Source of the DNA: Rebecca billardiae RCC1528 | Lineage: Eukaryota; Protista; Haptophyta | NCBI GenBank assembly: GCA_965240325.2 | Contig: OZ251228.1 | Span: forward strand, 2,232,001 to 2,296,000 | Length of the DNA stretch: 64,000 nt | Direction of reading: 5' to 3' | Shown: piece after piece, positions 22,290 to 32,858 of the stretch | How positions within the stretch are numbered: position 1 is the stretch's first letter | How the letters are laid out: each line of letters opens with the position of its first letter | Translations under genes and position numbers: made by a program | The notes under the pieces: generated by a model | Databases searched by the model: none | The model's input: the letters and a program-made list of their open reading frames with translations, nothing else | Told to the model about the DNA's origin: nothing

Positions 22290-25102
22290 TGGCGCACGCC
22301 CCCCCCGAAAGGTCTGAGCGTGAGCGAAAGCCGGGGGGGGCGGCGCACGTGCTCCGCAAAATCAAAAAAGATAATGGCGCGCGTGATGCTGGTGGGGATT
22401 TTGTACTTGTAGCAGGGGGAGAGCTGCTAGTGAATGGCATTCAACCCCCTTGATGACGCTTGATTGCGTTCGTACTATCCGATTCCCCTGCTCGTATTAA
22501 TCTCTTTTTGCAGGCATAGATACTAATAGGACAATTCCCTCGCTGAATAGCACAAATGGCCTTGGCCTTCTTGGCCCAATGCGGGTGGGATTCGACATCT
22601 CTATCTGCGAGGATTAATAATTAAGAGCTCTCTGATGAAAGAAGTGTCAAGTGAGTGTGTCCTAGACAGCCAGTGAGCGTAAAGGTCAATAATTGCAGTT
22701 CTGATTCAAGATTCCGCTCAGCCCTTATTGCAAACTGATTCAAAGCCAATGTGGGTGTGATCGACGCGTTGTGATGCTCTATCTGGACTCGATGATCGGC
22801 GAACAGTCACGATCCAACCAAGGGGAGTCAGGGTACAGCACGTCCAGTTGGGCTGCAGCTGGAGCTTGGGTACAAAAGCTTCCCGCGGCGCAGCGGCACT
22901 CGCCGCCGCCGCCGCCGTCGAGGGGCGGTTGTGGCGCGCACGGCGTGAGCCGCTGCGGGCGCTGAGGTGCGCGCGACGGCGGCGCGCCCGGCGGCGCTGC
23001 TGTAGGAGGCCACTGCCCTCCTCTCTGCCCCGCGCGCTTCGCTCGTCGTCGCCGTCTCCGCGCCTGCGACTCAGCGCGCACGCGAGCGCGGCACCGCCCG
23101 GCAGCCGGGGCAATCTCTGCCGTGACTGCGCATGTGCGTCGCGACCTGGTCGGCCCAGCGCGCGAGGCGCGTGCGGGCGAGGTAGGGCCAGTATGGGCGC
23201 GCGCCATGCCGCCTCAAGTAAGCCCATCAGAGCGTACAACAGGGAACTGAGCACGTGTGTCTGGTTGGCCGCTTGGACTGTGTTCAAGCAATGCACGGGC
23301 CATCGTCGAGGCGATCTCGAGGCACTCAGTCAAAACGTCAGTTCAGCGCGCAGACGACCTGGGCGAGAGTCACTGACAATGTATGACTCGCATGATCACA
23401 AAAAGCTCTGCAACTATCGCGTCTGTACGCCTACTGCCTCGATCGTGCACACTGACGTCTGCGCTTGGGTGCCGCATTGTTTGTCAACGTTGTCGACAGA
23501 GGTGCAAGGCCCGCGACATGCCCACCGGCGCAAGGTCGAGGCGGCATGGCGCGCGCCCATACTGGCCCTACCTCGCCCGCACGCGCCTCGCGCGCTGGGC
23601 CGACCAGGTCGCGACGCACATGCGCAGTCACGGCAGAGATTGCCCCGGCTGCCGGGCGGTGCCGCGCTCGCGTGCGCGCTGAGTCGCAGGCGCGGAGACG
23701 GCGACGACGAGCGAAGCGCGCGGGGCAGAGAGGAGGGCAGTGGCCTCCTACAGCAGCGCCGCCGGGCGCGCCGCCGTCGCGCGCACCTCAGCGCCCGCAG
23801 CGGCTCACGCCGTGCGCGCCACAACCGCCCCTCGACGGCGGCGGCGGCGGCGAGTGCCGCTGCGCCGCGGGAAGCTTTTGTACCCAAGCTCCAGCTGCAG
23901 CCCAACTGGACGTGCTGTACCCTGACTCCCCTTGATCCAACTGCCGCCGGCACGTCGGCGCGAGTCAGTGTGTGGCTTTCCCGGAGACCCGGTGCGATCG
24001 CGTGGGGCGCGCGGCGGCGTGTGTAGCGGCCAGGCGGAGGCGTCGGGGGCGGCGGCTGAAGGGAGCGAGGGCGGTGGTGGCGGCACGGACGAGGGAGGCG
24101 CGCCGAACGGCATGTCCGTCCTCACCCTCGCCAGCGGCGGCCGCCCGCGCGTCACCGCCGCCGGCTCTCAGCCGACGCCGCCGCCCGCGAGTGCCGCCAA
24201 CGGCGCGCGGCGGGCGCGTCACGGCAGGCGGCGGGGGCGGCGACTGCAGGGAGCGAGGGCGATGGTGGCGGCGCAGTCGAGGGAGGTGCGCCATCCGGAC
24301 AGCGCGGCGGCGCGGCGCGCGGCCGAGCGCGGGAGCCTGGGCGGCGGCGGGCGCGCGGCGGGGCATGTGCTGCCCGAGAGAGAGGCTGGCGCACTCGCCC
24401 AGCGCCGCCGCGCACACCGCCGCCGACCTCGCGCGCACGACCTCCGTCAACTCCTCCGTCAGCGGCGGAGAGCGCGTCGCCTCGCCGCCCACGCTGCCGC
24501 CCAGCCGGTTCGTCATCCGAGCGCGGCTCGCGGGCGGCGGCCGCCCGCGGCGTGCGCCGGGCCGCGGTCGCCGCCTACTAACTAACTAAGCTTGCGGTGG
24601 GACCGCCGCTGGGGGGCGGGGCGGGCGGAGGAGATGGCGGTGGCGAAGGAGGACGCGGTGGTGGACGTGGACGTCACGCAGTCCGGGCTGCACTGGCTCA
24701 TCCATCTCCTCTCTGCACTCGACCCGCCGCCGTCACCGACGGCGCAGCAGCTGGCGGCGGCGCGACGGATGGTGGCGGGCGCGGCCGCGGCCGAGGCGGG
24801 CGCGCGCCGCGCGCGCCGCTGCGGCGGCGTGGAGCGGCGCTGAGCGGCGCGCTGCTGCACACGCAGTCACGCTGCGCACGTGCTGCAGACGCTGTACAAG
24901 CGCGCCACCGCCGACGCCGTCGCGCCGCCGCTGCCCCCGCCGCACGACCGGCACCGTCCGACCGTCCGCGACCGTGTCGTCACAAGCAGCAGCGGCTGCT
25001 GCTCACATTCACAAGCTCACTAGCTGCGTGATGGTGACTAGCCACTAGGGCCGTGCGCCCTCAACTTCGTTGTTCACTACCCGAAGATCGGCGTAGCCGA
25101 TC
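22290..25102 (+). mobile_element. Non-autonomous Helitron2-like element A
   Basis: 5' T-GGCGCACGCCCC folds into a 5' hairpin (22292-22346). Subterminal inverse GGGCCGTGCGCC at 25048-25059 (11/12 match). 3' hairpin GATCGGC-gta-GCCGATC at 25086-25102. Confidence 0.62.
22819..23934. mobile_element. 1116-bp non-autonomous foldback DNA transposon, ~397-bp TIRs, 7-bp TSD ATCCAAC
   Basis: Arms 22819-23215 and 23538-23934 are inverted, termini CAAGGGG..CCCCTTG. ATCCAAC lies at 22812-22818 and 23935-23941. Confidence 0.95.
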
Positions 25103-25106
25103 ATAA

Positions 25107-27970
25107 TGGCCCGCGGTGCAGGGCGGAGCGCGTAGCGTGGAGCCCCGCCGGGGGCCCTCACTACTACGTTGTCAAAAAGATCTTTTGATCAAAGAAAAGG
25201 GGACGGGGGACGATTTTTACGGTTGTTGGAGGGTGAGTTTTCGCTTTTTCGAGGGGTAGATAGCTCTCTATCGCAAGATGCGGTTGACGAAATAGGCGCG
25301 CCCGGACGTGAGTAATAAGAAAGATCGAAGGCCGCTGGCCGTCACTTTGTCAGTAAAGTTTAGTCATCGTGTCATCGACGCTATTGAAAACTTGGTCGCC
25401 GGTCCAAGGGCCGTATTGTTTTGACAAAGTGTGTTAGACTGAAGAAGAAGCGTGGGTGCTCCCTACCGCGCGTGTGGGCGATAGGTCCACCGGAAGCGAC
25501 CAGGCGGGCTAAGGACCGGCCCCGAAGGGGCAGGCGGACGGGGTCACATCATCGGATGATGGGTCAGGCAGCCCCAAACTCCCAGGGAGCAGTTTGGGGC
25601 TCCGGACTGGCCGAGATAGTGCCGGATCGTGCCTCCGCCGGTACGTGCGGGTAGATGCGGAAACTTACCCGCGACTCCTGTGGAACGGTGTCTTCGAGGA
25701 CTGGTGCCCAGTCTGACACTCCTCCTCACCGACCACAGCGAGGTGCGGTGCCTGAGTGCGCGTGCGCGTGTGCGTAAGTGTGAGTGGGGGCGTAAGGCGA
25801 GCGTGCGTGTGCGTGCCCGACTGTCTAGCTGCCAAGCTGTCCGGAAGCTGCGAATCGCAGCAGCGATCGAGGGACGTCTGGAGTTGCTCGCGAATCCGTC
25901 CGAGCAGTCGTACTCCAGTGAATGGACGCCTGCCGAGCTGGCTGACCAGGCTCGGGCTCGGCTTGGGCGTCGACGGGGGCGTGGTGCCCCAGGCAGTTGA
26001 TCGAGTGATCGTGTGGTCGTGCCAGCTGCTGTGGACTTACCGAGATCCACCTGCCTGCTCCTCCTCGATGGGTCGCGTCGACGGCGACGGTGCACCACCG
26101 CGTGTGGGCTGGTGCAATGGGACATGGACTGGTCTCACGCGTAGAACCTTGTGTCGGCTTCGGCCGCAGAATGACGCTGCCTCGCAACCGCGTGTCACGA
26201 AGAAGCTGCACATAGCGAGCGCGGAGATGATCGAGCGGCGCGCGGTGTCGATCGACGTGATCGTATCCGCTGTCGCCTAGTGAACGCGTAGATCGCGCCT
26301 CATCTCCTCCTTGCAAGCTGCTCGGCCATCTTGGCGGTCGAGGGCTGCATTCATGAAGTCAATCGACTTGGTGTCGAGACTCCTCCTGCATCTGAGCAGG
26401 GCGTGCGACTCGGCGCACGATGACGACGCGAATGTCGTCGGAATGAGGTACGTCAGCACCTCCTCCTTGAAGGCTGCCGCGGTTGGGCTAGCCTGCCTTG
26501 GACCATCCGACTTGGATGTGAATCGTCTCGCGAGCTCGCAACGCGCGATGCGCGCGAGCGCGTTCCTTGCGCCAGCGAGGTCGGGTCCGGTAACGAGCGC
26601 GTCTCGTTGCTGACCCCGATACCATGTTAGACTGAAGAAGAAGCGTGGGTGCTCCCTACCGCGCGTGTGGGCGATAGGTCCACCGGAAGCGACCAGGCGG
26701 GCTAAGGACCGGCCCCGAAGGGGCAGGCGGACGGGGTCACATCATCGGATGATGGGTCAGGCAGCCCCAAACTCCCAGGGAGCAGTTTGGGGCTCCGGAC
26801 TGGCCGAGATAGTGCCGGATCGTGCCTCCGCCGGTACGTGCGGGTAGATGCGGAAACTTACCCGCGACTCCTGTGGAACGGTGTCTTCGAGGACTGGTGC
26901 CCAGTCTGACAAAGTGCATGTGCATGGGTCATATACTACGACTGTTTCAAACTGCATGTCGGCGTACCGAGCGCGCTGTTTGCCGGTTTGCATTATTTTC
27001 CCGGCGCGCACGCCGACGCCGCCACCGCGGCTCGGCGGCCGGACTCATCTCGGCCCGCAGCGCTTGCGTCCCCCCGCGGCGGCGCGCGCCGCCGTCGCCG
27101 CCGCGCAGGCCGTGCACTCGGTGGATGAGGAGACGGCCCTGCTGCGCGCGGAGCGCTGCGCGCCGCGCGCTGCTCCTGCTGCGGCGCGCAGTAGTCCGCT
27201 CGTCCGCCCCGCGGGCTCGCCACGGAGCCGACGAGCGCGATGACGACAATCGAATGAGCACGAGTGCGCACGGAGGCGCTGGGCGCCGAGCTGGCGAAGC
27301 GCGGCGCCGAGCTCGACGCGCTGCGCGACGCGGCGACGGACGCGCTGGGCGCGCGCGGCGCCCTCGTCGCGACGCCCCGTGCAGCAGCTCGAGCAGCCAG
27401 CTGTGGAGTAGACGGCCGTCGACTCGAGGGCGCCACCGCGCCGGGTGAGTGAGCACGCACGGGCTCCGCCTCGGTCGGAGGCTGGCTGGCCGCCGCCGTG
27501 GCTTCGAGGCCGACGCGGCGGAGGAGGCGGCGGGCGAGCACGGTGGCGCGGTGGAGCAGGCGCGCACGCGCGGCGGCAGGCGCGACCCGCCGCTCGCCTC
27601 GTTCCACCCCGAGCTCCGCTCGGTCTCGCCTCTCGGTGCGCGGCTGCGCAGCGCCGTGAGCGCAGGCTGGGGCCGCTGGGGGTGGGGCCAGCAGAGTGGT
27701 GCGCGCTCTCGCTCTGCCGGCACGAGGCGCGCCGGCTGAGCGACCAGCGGCCCGTCGTCGAGCGCGTGGCGCAGCGCGAGCACCTCAAGGCAGGCTCGCC
27801 CTGCGCGCGCGCGCCGCTGCCCCGGCCGCCGTCCGTACTTCTTCGCGCGGGCCCGCGGCGACAGTCCTCATCGGCCCGCCATGTTGACCAGACTGAGACA
27901 GCAGCCGACGGAGGGTGCACCGCGGGCCCCTAACTACGTTGGTTCTACGGAAGGACCGCGGAACGCGGTC
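25107..27970 (+). mobile_element. Non-autonomous Helitron2-like element B
   Basis: 5' T-GGCCCGCGGTGCA with a 5' hairpin. Perfect subterminal inverse TGCACCGCGGGCC at 27916-27928. 3' hairpin GACCGCG-gaa-CGCGGTC at 27954-27970. Confidence 0.7.
25432..26911 (-). mobile_element. TRIM-like non-autonomous LTR retrotransposon (1480 bp)
   Basis: 287-bp LTRs at 25432-25718 and 26625-26911 (TG..CA), 5-bp TSD AAGTG, PBS TGGTATCGGGGTCA (rc 26611-26624), PPT GAGGAGGAG (rc 25719-25727). No intact gag or pol. Confidence 0.95.
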
Positions 27971-28062
27971 ATATATATATGTATATATATATACACATAT
28001 ATATATACTCTGCTGTGAAAACAATATCGAGAGCGAGAGTAGAGAGAGAGAGAGAGAGAGAG
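27971..28062. repeat. Interrupted (TA)n and (GA)n microsatellites
   Basis: Dinucleotide runs are directly visible. Confidence 0.9.
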
Positions 28063-28091
28063 GGCATATGCGTCGTCGTCATTACCGCGGG

Positions 28092-28964
28092 CTAGGTCCA
28101 GCATGCGCGGCACGGCGGCTTGCCGTCCAACGCTTCCCAGCTGATGTTGACGCCGTCGGCGCAGCCGGGCGGCGCACACGGCTGACGGCGCACGTAGGGC
28201 AAAACATACTGCATCAGCACCGTCTGGACCGACAGGCCCGAGCGCGCAAGGTAGTCGGCGAGCACAGCCTCAGCGTCCTCGCGGTATGCAGCACCCAGGT
28301 GTCGGCGCAGCCCGTTGCGGAAAGTCAGGAGCCCAAAGTAGGTGTTCATCGCGCCGCGGTGGCCACCCAGTATCTGATCGTTCACGTGGTACGGCCACAC
28401 ACGCAGCCTGCCCGCGTGGGGTCGCTCGTTCCACCAGTTATTGCGGTTCGCCTCAGACGCAGGCACGCACAGCTTTTTGTTCGGAAGCCTCTCTAGCCAC
28501 TCGGGCTTGAGGACATGCCCGGGCCGGTACACCAGATCGATGCGGGCTTTCACGAGGAAGTCGCGCACTCTAGGCTGCGGCTGTGCCGAGCGCTCCCACT
28601 CGATGAGCGCGTCGTACGCGGCTCGCAGGTGTGCATACTGCGCATAGTAGCGCGACTCGCAGTAAGGGTGGCGGCAGATGCGGTGGTCGAAGCGCGATGC
28701 GTTGAGTGCCACCGTGATAGCCCGCTCGCGCACGACGACGGCCTCGAGCCCTGCGGCCGCCGCACGCGCATCGTCGAATGCGTGCAGCCAGACCGCAGTC
28801 TCGTTCGGCTCGGCCGCGACAACGAGTGCGCACGCGAAGCGTGCCGATAGAGGGGCAAGAATGTGCTCGGCGAGCTCGCCCGGAAAGTCAATGCTCGCTG
28901 GCGACACGTTTGGGGCGCGGTGCAGGAACGGGCCGGCGAGCAGCACCGCGACCGCCTTCGACAT
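28092..28964 (-). CDS. Hypothetical protein, possibly glycosyltransferase-like (copy 2 of 19920-20828)
   Basis: 290-aa ORF nearly identical to copy 1, with only in-frame indels. Confidence 0.7.
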   Translation of the reverse strand: MSKAVAVLLAGPFLHRAPNVSPASIDFPGELAEHILAPLSARFACALVVAAEPNETAVWLHAFDDARAAAAGLEAVVVRERAITVALNASRFDHRICRHPYCESRYYAQYAHLRAAYDALIEWERSAQPQPRVRDFLVKARIDLVYRPGHVLKPEWLERLPNKKLCVPASEANRNNWWNERPHAGRLRVWPYHVNDQILGGHRGAMNTYFGLLTFRNGLRRHLGAAYREDAEAVLADYLARSGLSVQTVLMQYVLPYVRRQPCAPPGCADGVNISWEALDGKPPCRACWT

Positions 28965-29661
28965 TACGGAAGGCAGGTCTCGAAAATCACGCGCTCGCGA
29001 AAGCCGCGCTCATCGCCGAATAACGGGAGTGAACCAGCATGCCGGTCGGAATTTCGGGTGATGGGGATTTCTTTTCCGAAATAAATGCATGCGCAGGTTA
29101 CCACTGCCGCCGTCAGCAGAGCAGCACCGGCCAAGCTCCAAGCTCCCGGATCCCCAGTGATGGCCGGCCAGTGCCCAGTGGCTGTCGTCTGCTATTTTGA
29201 GGTGTCAATGATAGCGGATCATGTTTGCGGAGCGCTTTGCGCACGCAGTTTGCGCTCATCGTTGTCGGAGAGGTGGTGCAGGTGGCACGGGAAGCGCCAC
29301 GGGCGCTAGCCGCCCGGGCCTGGTTGGAGGCCGTGCCGCACACTGCACAGCAGCGCGACCCCCGTGTCGGGCCCGTGCTTCTGCGCCATCGCGCACGCCT
29401 CCGGGAAGGCGGCAGCTGCTTGCCGAGCGTGCCGATGTGCGGCTGGCAGGTCCCAGTCAGAGTCGGTGCCGCGGTGAGTGGAGGGGCGCCGGTCGACTTG
29501 AGCGGAACAGGGGCATGCATGAAACGGTGAAGTCGAGCGCGGTGAAAACCTTCTGCCGTGCCCGGTGGCGTCTCGGCCCGATGCCGGCGCTCGCTCGCAC
29601 GAAAAGCTCGTCGGGATGACCGCCGGGAGATCATCACGACCAGCCACGCTTCACGGCTTCA

Positions 29662-31458
29662 TCAGCCTGCACCGTCGCGGACCGGGACCCTCCTGGCCAT
29701 CACCACAGGTATGTCCTGTGGTTGCTGCCGCGGTGCTGCTCCTGCCGCCATCGATGGTGACGGTAGTGCTGGTAGACCCTGGTCGTAGATGCCATGGGCA
29801 GCCCGGATTGCGTTGTCACCTGCGTTGCCGGGCAGATGCTGCGCGTCCAGGACCCAGGCACCATCATTGACCACCCCGTCGTCAACCGAATGGATCGTGC
29901 CATCTGGCAAGCGCCAGCGGACGATGCTGACAGCGACCAGCGGCGGCGGTGGGGAAAGCTGCGGCGCGGCGTCCGAAACAGCGGCAACGCAGCTGGTGGG
30001 TTTGTGCTGTCGCTTCGCTGCGCGCGTGCCCTGGTCGCCGGTGCCATGCCCCAGCCTTCGCTTGAGGACGGCGAGCCGACGGTTCACCATTCCGGCCAGC
30101 TTGTGCGTGGCGCAACGGCTGACGCGCGCGTCGCCCGGCATGCCGAAAGTAGGCCGTGCGGTGCAGCCCGCGTGATCACACTTGCGGCTCCTCACGTCGA
30201 CCATGCCGGCCAGCTTGTGCTCAGCGCACCGGCTGGCGCGCGCGTCGCCCGGCATGCCAAACGAAGGCACCTTGGTGCAGTCAGCGTGATCACACTTGGG
30301 GCTCCTCACGTCGACCATGCCGGCCAGCTTGTGCGTGGCGCAACGGCTGACGCGCGCGTCGCCCGGCATGCCGAACGAAGGCCGCTTGGTGCAGTCAGCG
30401 TGATCACACTTGGGGCTCTTCACGTCGACCATGCCGGCCAGCTTGTGCGTACCGCACCGGCTGGCGCGCGCGTCGCCCGGCATGCCGAACGAAGGCTGCG
30501 TGGTGCAGCCCGCGTGGTCACACTTGGGGTGCTTCACGTCGACCATGCCGGCCAGCTTGTGCGTACCGCACCGGCTGGCGCGCGCGTCGCCCGGCATGCC
30601 GAACGAAGGCACCTTGGTGCAGTCAGCGTGATCACACCTGGAGCTCCTCACGTCGACCATGCCGGCCAGCTTGTGCGTGGCGCACCAGCTGGCGCGCGAG
30701 TCACCCGGCATGCCGAAAGAAGGCACCTTGGTGCAGCCCACGTGATCACATTCGGGGCTCACCACGTCGACCATGCCGGCCAGCTTGTGCGCAGCGCACC
30801 GGCTGGCACGCACGTCGCCCGGCATGCCAAACGAAGGCCCCTTGGTGCAGTCAGCGTGATCACACTTGGGGCTCCTCACGTCGACCATGCCGGCCAGCTT
30901 GTGCACTGCGCACCGGCTGGCGCGCGCGTCACCCGGCATGCCGAAAGAAGGCACCTTGGTGCAGTCAGCGTGATCACACCTGGGGCTCCTCACGTCGACC
31001 ATGCCGGCCAGCTTGTGCGTGGCGCACCAGCTGGCGCGCGAGTCACCCGGCATGCCGAAAGAAGGCACCTTGGTGCAGCCCACGTGATCACATTCGGGGC
31101 TCACCACGTCGACCATGCCGGCCAGCTTGTGCGCAGCACACCGGCTGGCACGCACGTCGCCCGCCATGCCAAACGAAGGCTGCGTGGTGCAGCCCGCGTG
31201 ATCACACTTGGGGTGCTTCACGTCGACCATGCCGGCCAGCTTGTGCGTAGCGCACCGGCTGGCGCGCGCGTCGCCCGGCATGCCGAAAGAAGGCACCTTG
31301 GTGCAGCCCACGTGATCACATTCGGGGCTCACCACGTCGACCATGCCGGCCAGCTTGTGCGCAGCGCACCGGCTGGCGCGCGCGTCGCCCGGCATGCCAA
31401 ACGAAGGCCCCTTGGTGCAGCCCGCGTGACCACACTTGGGGTGCCTCGCGTCGACCAT
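29662..31458 (-). CDS. EsV-1-7 cysteine-rich repeat protein, 12 repeats (copy 1)
   Basis: 38-aa unit VDVxxPxCDHxxCTxxPSFGMPGDARASRCxxHKLAGM matches the EsV-1-7 motif (C-x4-C..P.FG..C-x2-HK..M.DV). First ATG downstream of the transposon is 31458. Confidence 0.88.
   Translation of the reverse strand: MVDARHPKCGHAGCTKGPSFGMPGDARASRCAAHKLAGMVDVVSPECDHVGCTKVPSFGMPGDARASRCATHKLAGMVDVKHPKCDHAGCTTQPSFGMAGDVRASRCAAHKLAGMVDVVSPECDHVGCTKVPSFGMPGDSRASWCATHKLAGMVDVRSPRCDHADCTKVPSFGMPGDARASRCAVHKLAGMVDVRSPKCDHADCTKGPSFGMPGDVRASRCAAHKLAGMVDVVSPECDHVGCTKVPSFGMPGDSRASWCATHKLAGMVDVRSSRCDHADCTKVPSFGMPGDARASRCGTHKLAGMVDVKHPKCDHAGCTTQPSFGMPGDARASRCGTHKLAGMVDVKSPKCDHADCTKRPSFGMPGDARVSRCATHKLAGMVDVRSPKCDHADCTKVPSFGMPGDARASRCAEHKLAGMVDVRSRKCDHAGCTARPTFGMPGDARVSRCATHKLAGMVNRRLAVLKRRLGHGTGDQGTRAAKRQHKPTSCVAAVSDAAPQLSPPPPLVAVSIVRWRLPDGTIHSVDDGVVNDGAWVLDAQHLPGNAGDNAIRAAHGIYDQGLPALPSPSMAAGAAPRQQPQDIPVVMARRVPVRDGAG
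30088..31455 (-). repeat. 12 x 114-bp coding tandem repeat
   Basis: Counted from the translation. Confidence 0.97.
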
Positions 31459-31502
31459 GCTGGCCAGCGTGTGCGCAGCGCAGGGCTCCTCCGCTCCTGT
31501 GC

Positions 31503-32618
31503 CAAGGGGAGTCAGGGTACAGCACGTCCAGTTGGGCTGCAGCTGGAGCTTGGGTCCAAAAGCTTCCCGCGGCGCAGCGGCACTCGCCGCCGCCGCCGCC
31601 GTCGAGGGGCGGTGTGGCGCGCACGGCGTGAGCCGCTGCGGGCGCTGAGGTGCGCGCGACGGCGGCGCGCCCGGCGGCGCTGCTGTAGGAGGCCACTGCC
31701 CTCCTCTCTGCCCCGCGCGCTTCGCTCGTCGTCGCCGTCTCCGCGCCTGCGACCAGCGCGCACGCGAGCGCCGCACCGCCCGGCAGCAGGGGCAATCTCA
31801 GCCGTGACTGCGCATGTGCGTCGCGACCTGGTCGGCCCAGCGCGCGAGGCGCGTGCGGGCGAGGCAGGGCCAGTGTGGCCGCGCGCTATGCCGCCTGCAC
31901 CTTGCGCCAGTGGGCATGTCGCGGGCCTTGCACCTCTGTCGACAACGTTGACAAACAATGCGGCACCCAAGCGCAGACGTCAGTGTGCACGATCGAGACA
32001 GTAGGCGTACAGACGCGATAGTTGCAGAGCCTTTTGTGATCATGTGAGTCATGTATCGTCAGTGACTCTCGCCCAGGTCGTCTGCGCGCTGACGTTTTGA
32101 CTGAGTGCCTCAAGATCGCCTCGACGATGGCCCGTGCATTGCTTGAACACTCAACACAGTCCAAGCGGCCAACCAGACACACGTGCTCAGTTCCCTGTTG
32201 TACGCTCAGATGGGCTTACTTGAGGCGGCATGGCGCGCGGCCACACTGGCCCTGCCTCGCCCGCACGCGCCTCGCGCGCTGGGCCGACCAGGTCGCGACG
32301 CACATGCGCAGTCACGGCTGATATTGCCCCTGCTGCCGGGCGGTGCGGCGCTCGCGTGCGCGCTGAGTCGCAGGCGCGGAGACGGCGACGACGAGCGAAG
32401 CGCGCGGGGCAGAGAGGAGGGCAGAGGCCTCCTACAGCAGCGCCGCCGGGCGCGCCGCCGTCGCGCGCACCTCAGCGCCCGCAGTGGCTCACGCCGTGCG
32501 CGCCACAACCGCCCCTCGACGGCGGCGGCGGCGGCGAGTGCCGCTGCGCCGCGGGAAGCTTTTGTACCCAAGCTCCAGCTGCAGCCCAACTGGACGTGCT
32601 GTACCCTGACTCCCCTTG
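31503..32618. mobile_element. Second 1116-bp foldback DNA transposon (inverted relative to 22819-23934), 7-bp TSD CCTGTGC
   Basis: Same termini as copy 1. CCTGTGC lies at 31496-31502 and 32619-32625. The empty site is seen in the paralogous locus near 39107-39113. Confidence 0.96.
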
Positions 32619-32652
32619 CCTGTGCACCGCGCCGCTGAACAAGTCAAGGGAG

Positions 32653-32740
32653 AGCTTACGTACGTTTGTTGCTCTGCTGTGTGCCAACCTCGGCAACCTC
32701 GACATTCCTCGACATTCCTCGACCTTCCTCGACAACCTCG
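32653..32740 (+). repeat. ~70-bp direct repeat (partner 34561-34631) containing 9-10-bp GRCAACCTC/GACATTCCTC iterations
   Basis: GTACGTTTGTTGCTCTGCTGTGTGCCAACCT-GGCAACCTCGACATTCCTCGACATTCCTCG occurs at both sites. Inverted iterations at 35483-35522. Confidence 0.9.
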
Positions 32741-32858
32741 TTGACGGAGCTCGTCTTGTATTTGTCAGTAGGGAAATGCGAGGATTCCCCCGGGAACAAC
32801 GAGCACCTCCGTGCCGCTTGTCCGTCCCGTCCCACCCGGCCGATCCAACCCGGAGACC

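Noticed and set aside
22307-22332. CTGA..GAAA as a hammerhead ribozyme core
   Set aside because: Lacks CUGANGA and the three-stem junction; better explained as the loop of element A's 5' hairpin.
22718-24026. ORFs 22718-23296, 22848-24026 and 32183-32638 as a transposase or gene family
   Set aside because: They arise from the GC-rich TIR arms, cross element boundaries and lack DDE or other motifs.
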